From Pseudogymnoascus verrucosus (taxonomy: Eukaryota): DNA of 64,000 nt. The stretch lies in assembly GCA_001662655.1 (NCBI GenBank), contig KV460283.1. One strand, written 5' to 3'. The position numbers were made by a program, and so were the translations under genes. The notes under the pieces were generated by a model that saw only the letters and a list, made by a program, of their open reading frames with translations, did no database searches and was not told the origin of the DNA. This document shows, piece by piece, positions 61,801 to 64,000 of the stretch. How positions within the stretch are numbered: the first letter of the stretch is position 1; every line of letters begins with the position of its first letter.

Positions 61801-63976
61801 AAATTTGTCATGAAGTAGATGATGAGATTGAAGATGATGGTGTTGCATATTTTGTAGGGCATGTCTGTAAGCATAGAAGCAATAGCCTCACAGGACGGGT
61901 GGTAGAGAGCGTATCGAGAGTGCTTTTCAACAATGGGACGTTGAGCGTAAAGTGTCAGAATCTGGTTAAATCATTAGGAGTTTGTCAGGACAAATAATGG
62001 GTTAGTAGACGTACCTCTAAAGCACTACTAAAAGCACTCATTAATATGGCGAAGAATAAAAGCGCGCTTCTCGTGAAGAAGCTATCGCTAGTGGACGAAA
62101 TGTTGTAGAAGATACTGCTGATAATAAGACCCATTATGGAGTTACCAAAAAGTTGAGTGAGAGTTAGGCTTGGATCGCCCTTCAGCCTCCAGAAACCACG
62201 CCGAACACAAAGTGCAATCTGTCCACCATATGACAATGTGAAAGGACTGGTAACTCGCTGATTCTTTGATTGCTGAACCCTTCGAGAATCTTTGAATTCT
62301 TCTAGATGTTGGCCACCGGGAGCATACTTCTGATTGTAGCTGCCAACGTCCTTGAGTAACGCAACTCGCTCGGGGCTGTTCCGCCAAGCTTGAGCAAAAT
62401 CGTCAGGAGTGCGCGGAACTCTGTTCTCAAATCCCCGTCGTACAATACGCTCTTGGGGACTTGTCATAGACGTCAGGAAATCCGCAGTCGTTTGCCGATC
62501 TGGGCAATCAAAGCCAAGATTGACGAAGTATTCCCTCGCCTCAGTGGTCTTGCCAAAGTAGATTTGACGGCCCTCATAGAGCACAACTACTTTATCGAAG
62601 ATCTGTGTAACATTTAGTACTAGAGCAAGGCAGCTTAGAAGATAATTGTGGGAAATCATACATCGTAAGCACTTTGAGGCGCTTGATAGATAGCAACCAC
62701 CGCAGTGGATCCGGCAAGATCGGTCGAAAGCCGAAGAGTTTTGCAGAATTCAATGGCGTTCGCACTGTCCAGTCCCCGAGTACTATTATCCCAACATTGA
62801 AGCGGCGCGCCACTAAGGGCTGCTTCGGCAATGGTGACACGCTTCCGCTCACCACCACTCACGCCACGGATAAAGTCGTTCCCAACTCGAGTGTTGACAG
62901 TGTGGCTGATACCGAAGACGGCCATCATGACATCGCGAAGGTATGCAGCGTATTGATTTCGCGCTAAGCCGCCAGGTATATGTCGAGGGGATCTTGCTTG
63001 AGCCGCAAATTCGAGGGTTTGGCCAACGGTAAGCATAGGAAAGTGCACGTCGACCTCTGCAGTATAGATGGCTTCGCCTCGAAAATCGTTGTGCATTTGC
63101 TTCGGTTCGATTCCTTGATAGTTGATTTGCGATTTGTCGTCGATGTAGAAACCATGGGTTTCTCCCGCAATGGTTTTGAGAAAGGTTGAACATCCACTAT
63201 ATTAGATATGAGTCCATGTATAACAGCGGTAACCACAGATAGATGTATCTTACCTTCCGGGAGGACCGAGTACAACCAACATTTCACCATGATTCACAAC
63301 ACCATCCATATTCCGGAGGATGTCGATCTTTCCGGGCTTCCCTTGACCGAAAAGTTTCTTAGCCATGCCAAAGGCCTGGAGCAAGACGTTTCCCTTTAAC
63401 TATTAGCAGCCATACTAAAATTTGCAACCGCATGGTAATAACATACCACAGTCTTCTGGTAATCAGTCCCTGAACCAAAACCATATACGTTCAGGTCTTT
63501 GAAGGCGAATCCGGCCGTCCGTTGCTTCCATTTTTCCGGATCGCGTGCTTGGAGATTAAGCACTGACTTTGTGAATGCTCTTGGTTGGAAGTTTGGCGAA
63601 TTTGGATTCAGGATCGAATCCTCGTCGGACTCGAAAGGGTTCTTGTCGTACACAGATGCACGGGACTGCCTGGTGAACCTTCTTGCCAGCTCGTGGAGCT
63701 CTTCATCTTGGGCCTTCTCTTCTCTCTCTTGTTTTGTGAGAGTCTTCTCGAGTTGGCTGAAATCGATGTCGGTGTGACTCTGGGCAGTAGGATACCTTAC
63801 GCTTTCGGTGCGAGAAGGGGCTGCGGTGGATTCAAAAGACAAGGTTTCTCCGTCTAGGTTCCCTGTTTCTTTATGAGTTACTAAGATGTTATTTAATTTA
63901 AATAGGTAGATTCTGCAGTGAGGTCGGCGCATTAACTGAATTCTTTCACCATTTCGATGCACTTACGGGTTGACAT
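58893..63976 (-). CDS. Full-size pleiotropic drug resistance (PDR/ABCG) ABC transporter, multi-exon; start tentative (ATG 63976, 10-nt first exon)
   Basis: NBD1 has [20 protein letters not shown] and [13 protein letters not shown]2 has [24 protein letters not shown] and [11 protein letters not shown]. Two TMDs with [13 protein letters not shown] and WRNFG; (NBD-TMD)2 topology. Confidence 0.95.
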
Positions 63977-64000
63977 TGTAACGGGGACTATGGCTCAAGT

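Noticed and set aside
58893..63976. PDR transporter as part of the catabolic cluster
   Set aside because: It is separated by ~16 kb of transposons and belongs to a ubiquitous family. Nothing in the sequence links it to the island.
1..64000. Starship giant transposon carrying the island
   Set aside because: No DUF3435 tyrosine-recombinase captain or typical auxiliary genes are recognisable in this window. A larger element extending beyond it cannot be excluded.

Overview
Filamentous-ascomycete (Pezizomycotina-type) genomic DNA: short GT-AG introns, Zn2Cys6 regulators and heavy RIP-type (C->T, TpA-rich) decay of repeats. There are four zones. (1) 1-5.3 kb: a RIP-degraded nest of Fot1/pogo DNA transposons and Gypsy LTRs. 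(2) About 5.8-42.1 kb: a gene-dense catabolic island with no recognisable housekeeping gene. It encodes a cyclohexanone-monooxygenase-like Baeyer-Villiger monooxygenase, an intracellular carboxylesterase, two Zn-dependent alcohol dehydrogenases (one 2,3-butanediol-DH-like), three SDR-fold enzymes (one acetoin-reductase-like), a succinate-semialdehyde-DH-like ALDH, a PTS1-bearing acyl-CoA ligase, a cupin, a spliced Dabb protein missed by the ORF track, two MFS transporters and two paralogous CTF1-beta/FarB-like Zn2Cys6 factors. Its promoters share a recurring TCCCCGCA (CreA-type) motif. (3) 42.5-58.6 kb: a second RIP-degraded nest, resolvable into solo LTRs, a Ginger-type integrase DNA transposon, and a pogo element interrupted by a solo LTR and a full-length Gypsy. 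(4) 58.9-64 kb: a PDR-family ABC transporter. The main candidate novelty is that the island holds a complete functional equivalent of the bacterial chnABCDE (cyclic alcohol/ketone -> lactone -> dicarboxylate) pathway, plus CoA activation, uptake and regulation. This is an inference from gene content and has not been demonstrated.
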